A stretch of 64,000 bases of DNA. It comes from Acidobacteriota bacterium (GTDB lineage: Bacteria > Acidobacteriota > CAIWXX01). The DNA is taken from assembly GCA_040755995.1 (NCBI GenBank), contig JBFMAF010000038.1, positions 1,593-65,592 of the forward strand, written 5' to 3'. Within the stretch, counting starts at the first letter, position 1; each line of letters starts with the position of its first letter. Under the pieces are notes generated by a model, which worked only from the letters and a program-made list of their open reading frames with translations, had not been told where the DNA came from and made no database searches. The position numbers were made by a program, and so were the translations under genes. This document shows, piece after piece, positions 26,800 to 36,899 of this stretch.

Positions 26800-28446
26800 T
26801 TGAGAGCCCTCGGACCGATCTCGCGACTTTATCAATTCGTGGTGAAGGAGTCGCCGGAGTCTTGGAAACTCGTTCTCTACATGGCGCTCCTATCCGGAAT
26901 CGCCAATGGGGTGCTTCTGGGCGTCATCAATGCCGGAGCATTGGCGGCCTCCTCGGACTCGACGAGCTTGCGCCTGCTGCTGCTTTTCGCCATTGCAATG
27001 ACGGTCTTCGTGATGGCGAAGAAGATGGCTCTCGTCCGCTCCACAATCACCGTCGAGCGGCTGGTGAAGCGGCTTCGGATAAGGGTCTCTGACAAGATCC
27101 GGAAGTGCAAGTACGTCCTGTTGGAATCGCTCGGTCGCGGAGATCTCTATACGAAGATCTCGCAGGACACCAACTTCATCTCCCAGGCCTCCCACGTCAT
27201 CATCAACGCTGCTCAAGAGGCGGTCGTCGTGGTGTTCTGCCTGGTGTACATTGCCACACTATCGTTTGCGGCCTGCTTCGTCACAGTCATCTCCATCTTG
27301 CTCGCTGTCTACATCTATTACTACCATCAGAGGGCGCTCCTGGCTGACCTCAAGGAGTGGACGAGACGTGAAGCCGTCATGTTGGATTCGCTGGGGCACC
27401 TCGTCGACGGATTCAAAGAGGTCAAGGTTAACCGGAAGCGGAGCGACTCCTTGTTCGACTCGATCAAGTTCATCGCTGCGGATGCTGAGACCCTGAGGAG
27501 CAAGACCGGCATTCGGTTCGTGACCGATGTCATGTTCGCCCAGGTGTTCTTCTACCTCCTGATCGCCACGATCATCTTTCTTCTGCCTCGACTCGTGCCG
27601 ACTTACGCCGATGTGGTGATCAGGACGACTGCGGCGATCCTCTTCATCATCGGTCCGCTGGAGGCGGTGGTGAGCGCCGCCCCGATCCTTTCGCGAGCGA
27701 ACGTTGCCCTCGATAACCTGTACAAGCTCGAGGATCTTCTCGACACGGCCCAGGAAGATGGGGAACCGGTGATGGCGGAGGGCTTTTCGGGATTCCGGGA
27801 GATTCACGTCCGAAGCCTCGTTTTCAGCTATCTCGATCCGGCCGGCGTGCCCACGTTCACGATCGGGCCGATCACGTTTTCTCTCCCTCGCGGCCAGATG
27901 CTGTTCATTGTCGGAGGGAATGGGACGGGCAAGTCGACCTTTCTCAAGCTGCTCACCGGTCTCTATTATCCGAGGCAGGGGCTGATCAGAGTCGACGATC
28001 AGGAGATCCACCCGGGCAACCTGGCGGCCTATCGGGATCTCTTCTCGCCCATTTACTCGGACTTTCATCTCTTCGACCGTCTCTATGGATTGGAAGATAT
28101 CGAAGAGAGCAAGGTCACGGCGTTGCTCAGCGAGATGGAACTAGAGGGGAAGACGGAGTACCTCCATGGCAAGTTCTCGACGCAAAACCTTTCCTCCGGC
28201 CAGCGCCGTCGCCTCGCGCTCATCGTCTCGCTCCTCGAAGACAAAGACGTCTACGTCTTCGATGAGTGGGCCGCGGACCAGGATCAACGTTTCCGGAGGC
28301 ATTTTTACGAAGTCATCCTGCGGGATCTCAAATCGAGGGGCAAAACGGTCGTCGTCATCACCCACGATGATCGGTACTGGAGCACGGCCGATCGACTCAT
28401 CAAGATGGATTACGGAGAGATGGTCGAACAGGACGGCCTCGGCTAG
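26800..28446 (+). CDS. Fused permease-ATPase ABC exporter of the cyclic-peptide/siderophore-peptide transporter type (SyrD/PvdE-like, TIGR01194-like)
   Basis: N-terminal 6-TM domain. Walker A 'GGNGTGKST', signature 'LSSGQRRRL', Walker B 'VYVFDEWAADQD'. 548 aa. Confidence 0.8.
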   Translation: MRALGPISRLYQFVVKESPESWKLVLYMALLSGIANGVLLGVINAGALAASSDSTSLRLLLLFAIAMTVFVMAKKMALVRSTITVERLVKRLRIRVSDKIRKCKYVLLESLGRGDLYTKISQDTNFISQASHVIINAAQEAVVVVFCLVYIATLSFAACFVTVISILLAVYIYYYHQRALLADLKEWTRREAVMLDSLGHLVDGFKEVKVNRKRSDSLFDSIKFIAADAETLRSKTGIRFVTDVMFAQVFFYLLIATIIFLLPRLVPTYADVVIRTTAAILFIIGPLEAVVSAAPILSRANVALDNLYKLEDLLDTAQEDGEPVMAEGFSGFREIHVRSLVFSYLDPAGVPTFTIGPITFSLPRGQMLFIVGGNGTGKSTFLKLLTGLYYPRQGLIRVDDQEIHPGNLAAYRDLFSPIYSDFHLFDRLYGLEDIEESKVTALLSEMELEGKTEYLHGKFSTQNLSSGQRRRLALIVSLLEDKDVYVFDEWAADQDQRFRRHFYEVILRDLKSRGKTVVVITHDDRYWSTADRLIKMDYGEMVEQDGLG

Positions 28447-28527
28447 CGCGACCACGCCTCAAACCATCGAGTCGTGGCCTGGCGCTGAGAGTCAAAAGTT
28501 GATCGTCGTTAGAGGAGTAACTTCGAA

Positions 28528-29370
28528 ATGAAGTGGAGAGATATTCGCGCCTGGATTGGCCATAGCCTTCCGTACCTGATCATGACAGCTCTCATCTTGC
28601 TCTTCGCCATCGTGTTCTTTGCGCCCCGGATATTCATCGTCGTTCACTCGGGCGAGGCCGGCGTCTTCTATCGTATGTTCCTCGGCGGCACCGTCACGGA
28701 CAGGGTGTATGGCGAGGGGCTCCACATCATATTCCCCTGGAATAAGATGTACGTGTACAACGTCCGGCTGCAGGAACGGGGCGATGAGCTCGATGTTCTG
28801 ACCAAGAACGGTCTCCGATTGCACCTCAAACTTTCAATCCGATTCTACCCGGAAAGAGACGTGATCGCAGTCCTCCATCAGAGGATCGGCCCTGACTACG
28901 TCGACAAGATCATCATCCCCAGCGTGGAATCGATCGTCCGGCAACGAGCGGGCGAGATGAGTGAGCAGGACGTCTACACGACACAGCACGCCTTCGTCCA
29001 GAGCCTCCTCGCGGAATCGTATGCGGATGTCGGCCAGAGCTATCTCAAGATACATGCCGTGATAGTCCGCGAGGTACGACTGCCGGAGCCGATCCAGAAG
29101 GCGATCGAGCAGAAGCTCGAACAGGAGCAGCTGGCGGCCGCGTATGTCTACAGGCTCGATCGTGAGTTGCAGGAAGCCAAGCGGAAAGCCATTGAAGCAG
29201 ACGGCTACAAGATGTACAACGATACCGTCAACTTGTCGTTGACGCCGGCGCTTCTCAAGTGGAAGGGCATCGAAGCCACCAAGGAGCTCGCTCAATCACC
29301 CAACACAAAGGTCATTGTCGTGGGGAATGGGGATCAAGGTTTGCCGGTTCTCCTCTCCGGCGAGAAGTAG
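28528..29370 (+). CDS. SPFH/band-7 (prohibitin/HflC-like) membrane protein
   Basis: N-terminal TM then 'VHSGEAGVFYRMFLGG...' SPFH core. Coiled-coil C-terminus. Confidence 0.8.
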   Translation: MKWRDIRAWIGHSLPYLIMTALILLFAIVFFAPRIFIVVHSGEAGVFYRMFLGGTVTDRVYGEGLHIIFPWNKMYVYNVRLQERGDELDVLTKNGLRLHLKLSIRFYPERDVIAVLHQRIGPDYVDKIIIPSVESIVRQRAGEMSEQDVYTTQHAFVQSLLAESYADVGQSYLKIHAVIVREVRLPEPIQKAIEQKLEQEQLAAAYVYRLDRELQEAKRKAIEADGYKMYNDTVNLSLTPALLKWKGIEATKELAQSPNTKVIVVGNGDQGLPVLLSGEK

Positions 29371-29634
29371 GCGCCGGGAGCGCGAACAAGCGCTTCGGTT
29401 TCTGGGGTCCTTCTTCGCCTCACTGCTCTTGTCGCCGGTCATCGGAGTCCCGCTTCTGCTTGCGGCCAGGGGCCCCCAATCCGAGCGTGAGCGGATCTCC
29501 CGGTCCACGGCCTCCCTTTGCCCCCGAAGTTGTTGCGCACCCGGCGTGAGCAACCGACTTGACTCTGTCCAGTCTCAGAGAATAGAGTCGAACTTGTCGG
29601 TGACTCATAATCCTCAGCCAATGGAGGTAACTCT

Positions 29635-30183
29635 ATGAGGAAGGAAGCAGCAAGACCTGTGGAGGGGGCCCCGGGGGAACCGAAACCCGAAACGCCAGCC
29701 GGGAGCAAGGCAACGGCATCGAGGGAAGCGCAGGCGCAACCGATCATCAACAAGTACATGATCGGATCGCTCGTAGCAGGGATCATCCCGGTCCCAATCG
29801 TGGACATCGCTGCCGTCACGGGCATCCAATTGAAGATGCTCCACTCGCTGTCGCGGCTCTACGAGCTCGAATTCAGGGAGAACGCCGGGAAGTTCGTCAT
29901 CGGATCTCTCGTTGGCGGCATCGGTTCGAGTGCGCTGGCGTGGGGGATGTTCGGCAGCCTGGTGAAGGCCATTCCCATCATCGGCCCTCTGGCGAGCCGC
30001 ATGACGATGCCCGTGCTGGCCGGCGCAAGCACCTACGCGCTCGGCAAGGTGTTCGTACAGCACTTCGAGATGGGAGGGACCTTCCTCAATTTCGACCCGT
30101 CGGCTGTTCGCGAACACTACGAGAAGCTCTTCAAGGAAGGGCAGCAGGTCGCCTCCGAGATGGCCAAGGAAGCCTCCGCCTAG
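29635..30183 (+). CDS. DUF697-like (YcjF-type core) membrane-associated protein
   Basis: 'IGSLVAGIIPVPIVDIAAVTGIQLKMLHSLSRLYELEF' and Gly-rich amphipathic segments. About 78% aa identity to the inverted paralog 36900-37487. Confidence 0.55.
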   Translation: MRKEAARPVEGAPGEPKPETPAGSKATASREAQAQPIINKYMIGSLVAGIIPVPIVDIAAVTGIQLKMLHSLSRLYELEFRENAGKFVIGSLVGGIGSSALAWGMFGSLVKAIPIIGPLASRMTMPVLAGASTYALGKVFVQHFEMGGTFLNFDPSAVREHYEKLFKEGQQVASEMAKEASA

Positions 30184-30261
30184 CTCACGGTTGACCCGCC
30201 GCGGGCCCATTGCCGGGGTCCGCCTTGACCCGAGGGGGTCGCAGTGACTAGGCGGTAAGAT

Positions 30262-30275
30262 CCTAATCGATTAGG
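30262..30275. promoter_or_regulatory. Perfect 14-bp palindrome CCTAATCGATTAGG. Identical core recurs at 36809-36822.
   Basis: Read from sequence. Sits about 80 nt after the DUF697-like gene and about 33 nt beyond the 3' end of the RND operon. Confidence 0.4.
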
Positions 30276-30306
30276 GCCATGAGGACTCCCGCCCTCAGCG
30301 ATCGGG

Positions 30307-31764
30307 TCATGATGACGACTCTTGAGTCTGTGCACTCGCGGGCTGCGGCGTCCATCCGCCACCAAGGGCCTTGTAAAGTTGGACCACTGACTGAAGCTGC
30401 GCCAGCTTCCCCTGCGCGAGGCCGATTTCCGCTGCGTAGAGCTGACGCTGGGCGTCGAGCACCTCCAGGTAGCTCGAAACGCCCCCTCGATAGCGCTTGT
30501 CAGTCAGGCGCAGATACGTCTGGCCGGCTTCAACCTGCCTCGTCTGCGCCTCGATCTGCGATTGCAGAGTCTGGTAGGTAACGAGCGAATCGGCCACTTC
30601 GGCAAGCGCGGTGAGCACCGTGCTGCGATAGCTCAGGGCCGCCTGCTCCATCTGCCACTTCGCAGCGCGCACGTTGTACCGCCCCGGCACGTCGAGCAAC
30701 GGCCAGCCGACGCCCGGTCCCCACGAGAAGATGCCGTCAGTCTTCCCACGGAACAGGTCCGCCAGAACCGTGCTCATCGTGCCCGCGAATCCTGTCAGCG
30801 AAAGCAGCGGGAACGGGAAGGTCGAAGCCTTGGCTACTCCGACCCGAGCCGTCGCGGCGATGAGATCCTGCTCGGCTTGCCTCACATCAGGACGCCTTTC
30901 GAGCAGCTGCGAAGGGAGCCCGGCAGGGATCACCGGCGGGAGCGGCATGCCCCGCGCCTCATCGGGAAGAGCAATTGCCTCGGGCGCACGCCCCCTCAAC
31001 CCGCTCAACTCGTTTTCCACCTCCGCGATCTGGCGGATGATTGCCGGTAACTGCGCCTGCACCGAAGCGAGCTGCCCAAGCGCCTGCGCCTCTTCGGTAC
31101 CGGAGGCGACTCCGCCACGACCGAGCTCGCGCACCAGATCCAACGACTTCTGGTCAGCCTGGATCGTTCGCTCGGTAATCACCTTCTGCTCGAGCAGAGA
31201 CCGCAGCTGGAAATAGTCGGATGCCACCTGCGCGACGAGCGCCGAAACCGCTGCGCGCCGCGCCTCCTCGGTCGATAGCAGGTCGGCAAGCGCCGCCTGT
31301 GACGATCGTCGAATGCGCCCGAACAGATCGATTTCCCAAGATACCGTCAACCCGCCGGTGTAGGTGCTTCCCGACCCGGCCTTGTAAGACACGAGTCGGC
31401 CGGTGCCCGGATCGAGGGCCAGCCCCTCGGACGCCGGCCGGGCCGACGTGTCGAGCACCCCTTCGACCACGGGCGCAATGCCGGCCAGGGCAGCGCCGTG
31501 GCGTGCACGCGCCTCTTCGACCCGTGCAACGGCAATCCGCAAGTCGAGGTTGTTTGAAAGCGTCTCCTTGATGAGGCCGGTCAGAACCGGATCCTGGTAG
31601 AGCTCCCACCAGCCCATGTCGGCGAGCGACTTCGGTTCCGTCTGCGGCACCTCGCTGCGATAAGCTTCGGGGGCGTTCGTTTCGGGCCGCCGGTACTTAG
31701 GCCCCACGGCACAGGCGGTTGAAAGAAGGAGGCACCCAATGACGGTTCTCGACGCCAGACTCAT
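30307..31764 (-). CDS. RND efflux outer-membrane factor lipoprotein (NodT/OprM family)
   Basis: Lipobox 'LLLSTAC', two-repeat OEP architecture, overlaps the upstream RND permease stop. Confidence 0.85.
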   Translation of the reverse strand: MSLASRTVIGCLLLSTACAVGPKYRRPETNAPEAYRSEVPQTEPKSLADMGWWELYQDPVLTGLIKETLSNNLDLRIAVARVEEARARHGAALAGIAPVVEGVLDTSARPASEGLALDPGTGRLVSYKAGSGSTYTGGLTVSWEIDLFGRIRRSSQAALADLLSTEEARRAAVSALVAQVASDYFQLRSLLEQKVITERTIQADQKSLDLVRELGRGGVASGTEEAQALGQLASVQAQLPAIIRQIAEVENELSGLRGRAPEAIALPDEARGMPLPPVIPAGLPSQLLERRPDVRQAEQDLIAATARVGVAKASTFPFPLLSLTGFAGTMSTVLADLFRGKTDGIFSWGPGVGWPLLDVPGRYNVRAAKWQMEQAALSYRSTVLTALAEVADSLVTYQTLQSQIEAQTRQVEAGQTYLRLTDKRYRGGVSSYLEVLDAQRQLYAAEIGLAQGKLAQLQSVVQLYKALGGGWTPQPASAQTQESSS

Positions 31765-34700
31765 CGGAGATCGCCTCCTTTCCCGACATATTCGGGCGGG
31801 GAGGCCGGCACGCGCTGCCGTCCCACCCGTTCAGAGATCTTCGTGATGGCAGCGAACAGCACTGGGACGATGAAGATGGCCAAGCCGGTGGCTGCGACCA
31901 TTCCGCCGAAGACGGACGTCCCGAGCGCGTGGCGGGCGCCCGCCCCGGCCCCGGCGGCAATCACGAGCGGCACGACCCCGAGGATGAACGCAAGCGAGGT
32001 CATGAGGATCGGGCGCAGCCGGACCTTCGCGGCTTCGGCCGCGGCCTCCGGGATCGACATCCCCTTCTCGCGATTCGCCTTCGCAAACTCGACAATCAGG
32101 ATCGCGTTCTTGGCCGAGAGGCCGACGAGCAGGATCAGCCCTATTTGCGCATAGATGTTGTTCTGGAGCCCGCGCAGCAACTGGGCCGACATGGCGCCGA
32201 AGACCCCGAGGGGCACGGCAAGAAGCACGGCGAACGGCACGGACCAGCTTTCGTACAGCGCCGCCAGGAAGAGGAAGACGAATACCAACGCGAGCCCGAA
32301 GACGACGGGCGCCTGCCCGGCCGACTCCTTCTCCTGCCGGCTCATCCCGGCCCACTCGTAACCATAGGTCGCAGGCAGGACTTCGGCTGCGAGCTGCTCC
32401 ATGGCCTTCATCGCATCCCCGGAGCTGAACCCGAGTGAGGGGCGGAAGCCGATCTGCGCGGTCCGGTACACGTTGTACCGCTCGATATTGGGCGGGCCGC
32501 TGGTCGGCTGCGGCCGCAGGAGCGTCGTCAGCGGCACCATGTTCCCGCGTTCACTACGTACGTAGAAGAAACCCAGCGCGCTGATGTCGCCGCGAAACTG
32601 CGGCTCGGCCTGCATGATCACCTTGTAGGTCCGCCCGAATCGGGTAAAGTCGTTGATCTGGTATCCGCCGAGGAGGCTCTGGAGCGACATGAAGATGTCG
32701 GTCACCTGGACCCCGAGCTTCTTGGCCTTTTCGCGGTCGACTTCGAGCTGATACGAGGGCGTCCGGTTGCTGAACACGCTGTAGACTTGCGACAGCTCCG
32801 GCCGCTTCCCGGCTTCGGCGACGAGCCGCCCAGCGACATTTTCCAGCTCTGCAGGCGAGCCGCCTCCGCGGTCCTGCACCATGAACTGAAATCCCGTACC
32901 GCTGAATCCAGGAATTGGAGGCGGCGGGAACACGATAGCCACGGCGTCAGAGATCGAGCTCGCGGCGGCCATGATTCGTTGGATGATGACTCCGACCTGT
33001 TCTTCGTCGGCCTTGCGGTCATCCCACGGTTTCATCGCAACGACAAACAGCCCCGTGTTGGGTTTGTTCGTCCCGCTGAGCATGTCGTATCCTATGATGT
33101 CCAGCGTTCCCTGGACGCCGGCGATCCCCGGCAGCAATTTGTCCAGCTGGTCGAAGGCGGCAATCGTTCGGTCCAGCGCAGCCGCATCGGGCAGGGTGAG
33201 ACAGCCGAACAGGTATCCCTGGTCCTCTTCCGGAACGAATCCCGTCGGCACAGCCTTCGTGATCGGCACGGTGGCGAATGAGAGGATGACGAGTGCGAGG
33301 AGCATTACGGCGGCGCGCCGGAGCGCGGCGCGCACGGCTCGGCCATAGCGTTCGGTGATTCGATCGAACCACGCGTTGAAGCCCCCGAAGAGCTTCGACC
33401 TGAGCCCCCGCCTGGAGGTGTCGTGGGGTCTCATCATGAGGGCGCAGAGGGCCGGGGTGAGCGAGAGGGCGATGGTCGCCGAGAGCGCCGTCGAGACGGC
33501 GACCGTGACCGCGAACTGCTTGTACAGCTGCCCCGCGATCCCTCCGAGGAACGCGACAGGGACGAAGACCGAGCACAGGACCAGGGCGATCGCGACGACC
33601 GGCCCGGAGACATCGTCCATCGCCTTCCTGGTGGCCTCGCGCGCGTTCAGCCCGTACTCGCGCATATGGTGCTCGACCGCCTCCACCACGACGATCGCAT
33701 CGTCGACGACGATGCCGATCGCGAGCACCATGGCCAGCAGGGTCAGTGTATTTATGGAAAAGCCGAGTAGTATGAAGGACGCAAATGTGCCGACGAGGGC
33801 CACCGGGACGGCCAGCATGGGGATCAGTGTCGCGCGCCACGTCTGCAGAAAGAGGAAGACGACGATGAACACAAGAAGCAGCGCCTCGAAGAAGGTCTTG
33901 ACGACTTCGGCCAGCGACGTTTTGACGAACACGGTGTTGTCGATGAACACGCTGTACTCGACGTCCGGGGGGAAGCGGGGCGCCAGGCGCTTGAGCTCCG
34001 CCCTCACCAGGTCCGACGTCTCGACGGCGCTCGCATCCGGCGTCAGGTTGACGGCGAGCACGGCCGCCGGCTTGCCGTTCATCCTCCCGATGAAGGAGTA
34101 GCCCTGCGCCGCGAGCTCCACGCGGGCGATGTCTCTGATCCGCACGAACGATCCATCCGGCTGCGACCGCACGATGATGTTCTGGAATTCCTCGGGTTCG
34201 ACCAATCGCCCCTGGACACGCAACGTGTACTGGAAGGCCTGCCCCTTCGGGGCCGGATACTGCCCAATCTGGCCCGCGGGGGCCTGCACGTTCTGCTCGG
34301 AGACCGCGTGGACGACGTCGGTCGGAGTGAGCCCCAGGCGGGCCATCTTGTCGGGGTGTAGCCAGATGCGCATCCCGAAGTCGGACCCGAATGCCTGAAC
34401 GTTGCCGACGCCCTTGACCCGCTTGATCACGTCGACGATGTTGATCGTGCCGTAGTTGTTGAGCCAGAGGTCGTCGTAGGTGCCCTTTGGGGAATAGAGC
34501 GAGATGTACATCAGCGTGTCAGGGGACTGTTTCGTGACGACGACACCGGCGCTCTTGACTTCGGAGGGCAGCGAGCCCTCGGCCTGGGACACGCGATTCT
34601 GGACGAGCACCGTCGCGATGTCGGGGTCCGTCTCCAAGGCGAACGTGACCTGCAGCGCGTACGAGCCGTCGCCTCCGCACTGCGAGTCCATGTATATCAT

Positions 34701-34922
34701 CCCTTCCACACCGTTCACCTGCTGCTCGATCGGTTGCGCCACGGCCTCCTCGACCACGTCCGGGCTAGCGCCGAGATAGATCGACGAGACGTTTATGACG
34801 GGCAACGTGATGTGGGGATACTGGGCCACAGGGAGATTGACGAGCGAGATCACGCCCGCAATGGTGATGATCAGAGCGACGACGATGGCGAACACCGGCC
34901 GGTCGATGAAGAACCTCGCCAT
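31761..34922 (-). CDS. RND efflux permease (AcrB/HAE1 family)
   Basis: 1053 aa, 12-TM/two large periplasmic loop architecture. Motifs such as 'FIDRPVFA', 'AIGIVVDDAIVVVE'. Confidence 0.9.
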   Translation of the reverse strand: MARFFIDRPVFAIVVALIITIAGVISLVNLPVAQYPHITLPVINVSSIYLGASPDVVEEAVAQPIEQQVNGVEGMIYMDSQCGGDGSYALQVTFALETDPDIATVLVQNRVSQAEGSLPSEVKSAGVVVTKQSPDTLMYISLYSPKGTYDDLWLNNYGTINIVDVIKRVKGVGNVQAFGSDFGMRIWLHPDKMARLGLTPTDVVHAVSEQNVQAPAGQIGQYPAPKGQAFQYTLRVQGRLVEPEEFQNIIVRSQPDGSFVRIRDIARVELAAQGYSFIGRMNGKPAAVLAVNLTPDASAVETSDLVRAELKRLAPRFPPDVEYSVFIDNTVFVKTSLAEVVKTFFEALLLVFIVVFLFLQTWRATLIPMLAVPVALVGTFASFILLGFSINTLTLLAMVLAIGIVVDDAIVVVEAVEHHMREYGLNAREATRKAMDDVSGPVVAIALVLCSVFVPVAFLGGIAGQLYKQFAVTVAVSTALSATIALSLTPALCALMMRPHDTSRRGLRSKLFGGFNAWFDRITERYGRAVRAALRRAAVMLLALVILSFATVPITKAVPTGFVPEEDQGYLFGCLTLPDAAALDRTIAAFDQLDKLLPGIAGVQGTLDIIGYDMLSGTNKPNTGLFVVAMKPWDDRKADEEQVGVIIQRIMAAASSISDAVAIVFPPPPIPGFSGTGFQFMVQDRGGGSPAELENVAGRLVAEAGKRPELSQVYSVFSNRTPSYQLEVDREKAKKLGVQVTDIFMSLQSLLGGYQINDFTRFGRTYKVIMQAEPQFRGDISALGFFYVRSERGNMVPLTTLLRPQPTSGPPNIERYNVYRTAQIGFRPSLGFSSGDAMKAMEQLAAEVLPATYGYEWAGMSRQEKESAGQAPVVFGLALVFVFLFLAALYESWSVPFAVLLAVPLGVFGAMSAQLLRGLQNNIYAQIGLILLVGLSAKNAILIVEFAKANREKGMSIPEAAAEAAKVRLRPILMTSLAFILGVVPLVIAAGAGAGARHALGTSVFGGMVAATGLAIFIVPVLFAAITKISERVGRQRVPASPPEYVGKGGDLR

Positions 34923-34931
34923 AGCGCGCTC

Positions 34932-36107
34932 CTATGTCCCCGCGAGATCCGACTCGGTCACGGTTGTTATCTTCAGCCTGGTGCCAGGTTGGGCCTTCAA
35001 CTGGCCCTCGACGACGACCCGCTCACCGGGCTTGAGCCCTTCCAGTACGACCCACAAGTTGTCGATGCGAGGCCCGACGCGGACCGGGCGCATCTCGGCA
35101 ACGTCGCCTTCTGCAACTACGGTCACGAAGTACTTGCCGAGCACCTGCGAGACGGCCTCTTGCGGGACGAGCAGAGCGTCAGGCAGAGTCGTGTACGTCA
35201 CGCGCACCCTGGCGAACATGCCGGGACGGAGCACGAGATCCGGGTTCGAGAACTGGGCCCTGAACATCAGCGTTCCCGTGTCCTCAGAGATCGCGCGATC
35301 GGCGAAATCGATCTTCCCCTCATACGGGAATGGCGATCCGTCGACGAGGAACAGATGCGTGCGTGCCCGGCTGGCCGCCTCGTCCAGCGCCTTCGTCCCC
35401 TCCCGCTTCCATCGCTCCACGATGTCCAGGTAGTCTGTTTCGCTGATTGCGAAGTAGACATAGGCCGGGTCGTTCTGCGAGACCTTCGCCAGCACAGTCT
35501 GGCCGGCGGTTGCCAACCCGCCTTCCTCGATCATCTGCAGGCCGACCTGCCCGTTGACCGGAGACCGAATCAAAGAGTCGTCCAGATTGAGCTCGGCCTG
35601 GCGCACCGATGCCTGCCGCGCCTCTACCTCGGCTTTCGCCTGTTCGAGTGTAGCGATGGCGTTGTCGAGCGTCTCCTTCGGAATGGCGTTCTCGGCCTGC
35701 AGAGGGCGATAGCGATCGACATCCTGCTGGGCCTTGATCAGTCCCGCCTGGGACTGCGCGAGCAGCGCCTTGGCGTCGTCGAGCGCCGCAGCGTAAGGGC
35801 GCGGATCGATTTCGAAGAGAACCTCGTTCATCTGCACGACGGCCCCCGGCTGGAACGCCCTGCGCTTCAGGATCCCGCTCACTTTGGAACGCAGCTCCAC
35901 TTCAAGATACGCGGCGACCTGGCCTACAAACTCGGCGTGGATCGGCGTCGTACGCTGGATGACGGCCATTGCCTTGACCTCCGGGGCCTGTGGTGGCGCC
36001 GCCGCCTTCTGGCAACTGATCCCGCTCACCGCGGCGGCGAGAGAAGCGGCCAGCACGCAGAATGTGGGTCGGCAGAGTTTACGTTCCAGGCTCTCGATGG
36101 ATTTCAT
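34932..36107 (-). CDS. RND efflux periplasmic adaptor (membrane fusion protein, HlyD/AcrA family)
   Basis: Lipoprotein-like N-terminus, coiled-coil hairpin, beta-barrel segments. Precedes the permease. Confidence 0.85.
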   Translation of the reverse strand: MKSIESLERKLCRPTFCVLAASLAAAVSGISCQKAAAPPQAPEVKAMAVIQRTTPIHAEFVGQVAAYLEVELRSKVSGILKRRAFQPGAVVQMNEVLFEIDPRPYAAALDDAKALLAQSQAGLIKAQQDVDRYRPLQAENAIPKETLDNAIATLEQAKAEVEARQASVRQAELNLDDSLIRSPVNGQVGLQMIEEGGLATAGQTVLAKVSQNDPAYVYFAISETDYLDIVERWKREGTKALDEAASRARTHLFLVDGSPFPYEGKIDFADRAISEDTGTLMFRAQFSNPDLVLRPGMFARVRVTYTTLPDALLVPQEAVSQVLGKYFVTVVAEGDVAEMRPVRVGPRIDNLWVVLEGLKPGERVVVEGQLKAQPGTRLKITTVTESDLAGT

Positions 36108-36784
36108 GGTGAACCCCTCCTCTTGAGGCTCTTGACCTCGGGCGGTTCATGCTCCAATATGTTCCTCGACTCCTTGGTCTCCGTGATGCGCGATGGCATG
36201 ATGGCGAATGTCACCGTGAAGGGGACTGTCTTTCGGCTCGACCCTTTCTGGTGCTTTTCGAAGAGTCTCATGCAGCGCTTCTGGAGATCGCGCTTGAATT
36301 CGACTGCCGCGGACGGCGGCAGATGCACCACGTAACTTCCGGCAAGGAAAGGGAAGGCGAATCCCTCGGATCTCAGGGTCTCTACTCCTTCACGATGTCG
36401 TTCGTGGATCCAGGCAAGCGTGTACTGCAGGTAGAAGTTCACCTCGTTTGTCGGTTCGGCAAGGGCCGCCTGCCATTCATTCTGATCGGTGGCATAGAGC
36501 TTCTCGGTGATTCCGTTGGGGCCCGGGCGCGTGCCCTGGAGCTTGACGAGATGAACGGCGAGGAGCGTCTGCAGGTGATGGTGGACAGCGGCATTCGAGA
36601 GGAAGAGGCTCTTGCCGAGCTCCCGCTGCGTCATGGCATCGCTGCCTCGGAGGATTTCGATTATCCGCACGCGGATGGGATGAAGGAGGGCCTGCCGTAG
36701 GGCCCTTCGTCGCCGGTCCTCGGCCGCCGCGCCCGTCCGATCGAGCGGCCGGACGTCAGCCGGGGTCAGAGTGATGTGACCCAT
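36104..36784 (-). CDS. ArsR/SmtB-type winged-helix transcriptional regulator (first gene of the RND operon)
   Basis: 'HPIRVRIIEILRGSDAMTQRELGKSLFLSNAAVHHHLQTL'. RBS GGAGG. Confidence 0.65.
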   Translation of the reverse strand: MGHITLTPADVRPLDRTGAAAEDRRRRALRQALLHPIRVRIIEILRGSDAMTQRELGKSLFLSNAAVHHHLQTLLAVHLVKLQGTRPGPNGITEKLYATDQNEWQAALAEPTNEVNFYLQYTLAWIHERHREGVETLRSEGFAFPFLAGSYVVHLPPSAAVEFKRDLQKRCMRLFEKHQKGSSRKTVPFTVTFAIMPSRITETKESRNILEHEPPEVKSLKRRGSP

Positions 36785-36808
36785 TGCATTCCTCCTCTGG
36801 CTCAGGGC

Positions 36809-36822
36809 GCTAATCGATTAGG
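36809..36822. promoter_or_regulatory. Second copy of the palindrome (GCTAATCGATTAGG) about 25 nt upstream of the ArsR start codon. Candidate operator.
   Basis: Identical 12-bp core CTAATCGATTAG to 30263-30274. Shared flanking GGTAAG on the same relative side. Confidence 0.45.
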
Positions 36823-36899
36823 CCCTTACCATGGAGTGGCGAGATTCATTTCGTGTCGAAGCGGGCCGAGGAAACCGGCCCGCGCACTGCGGCAATGAG

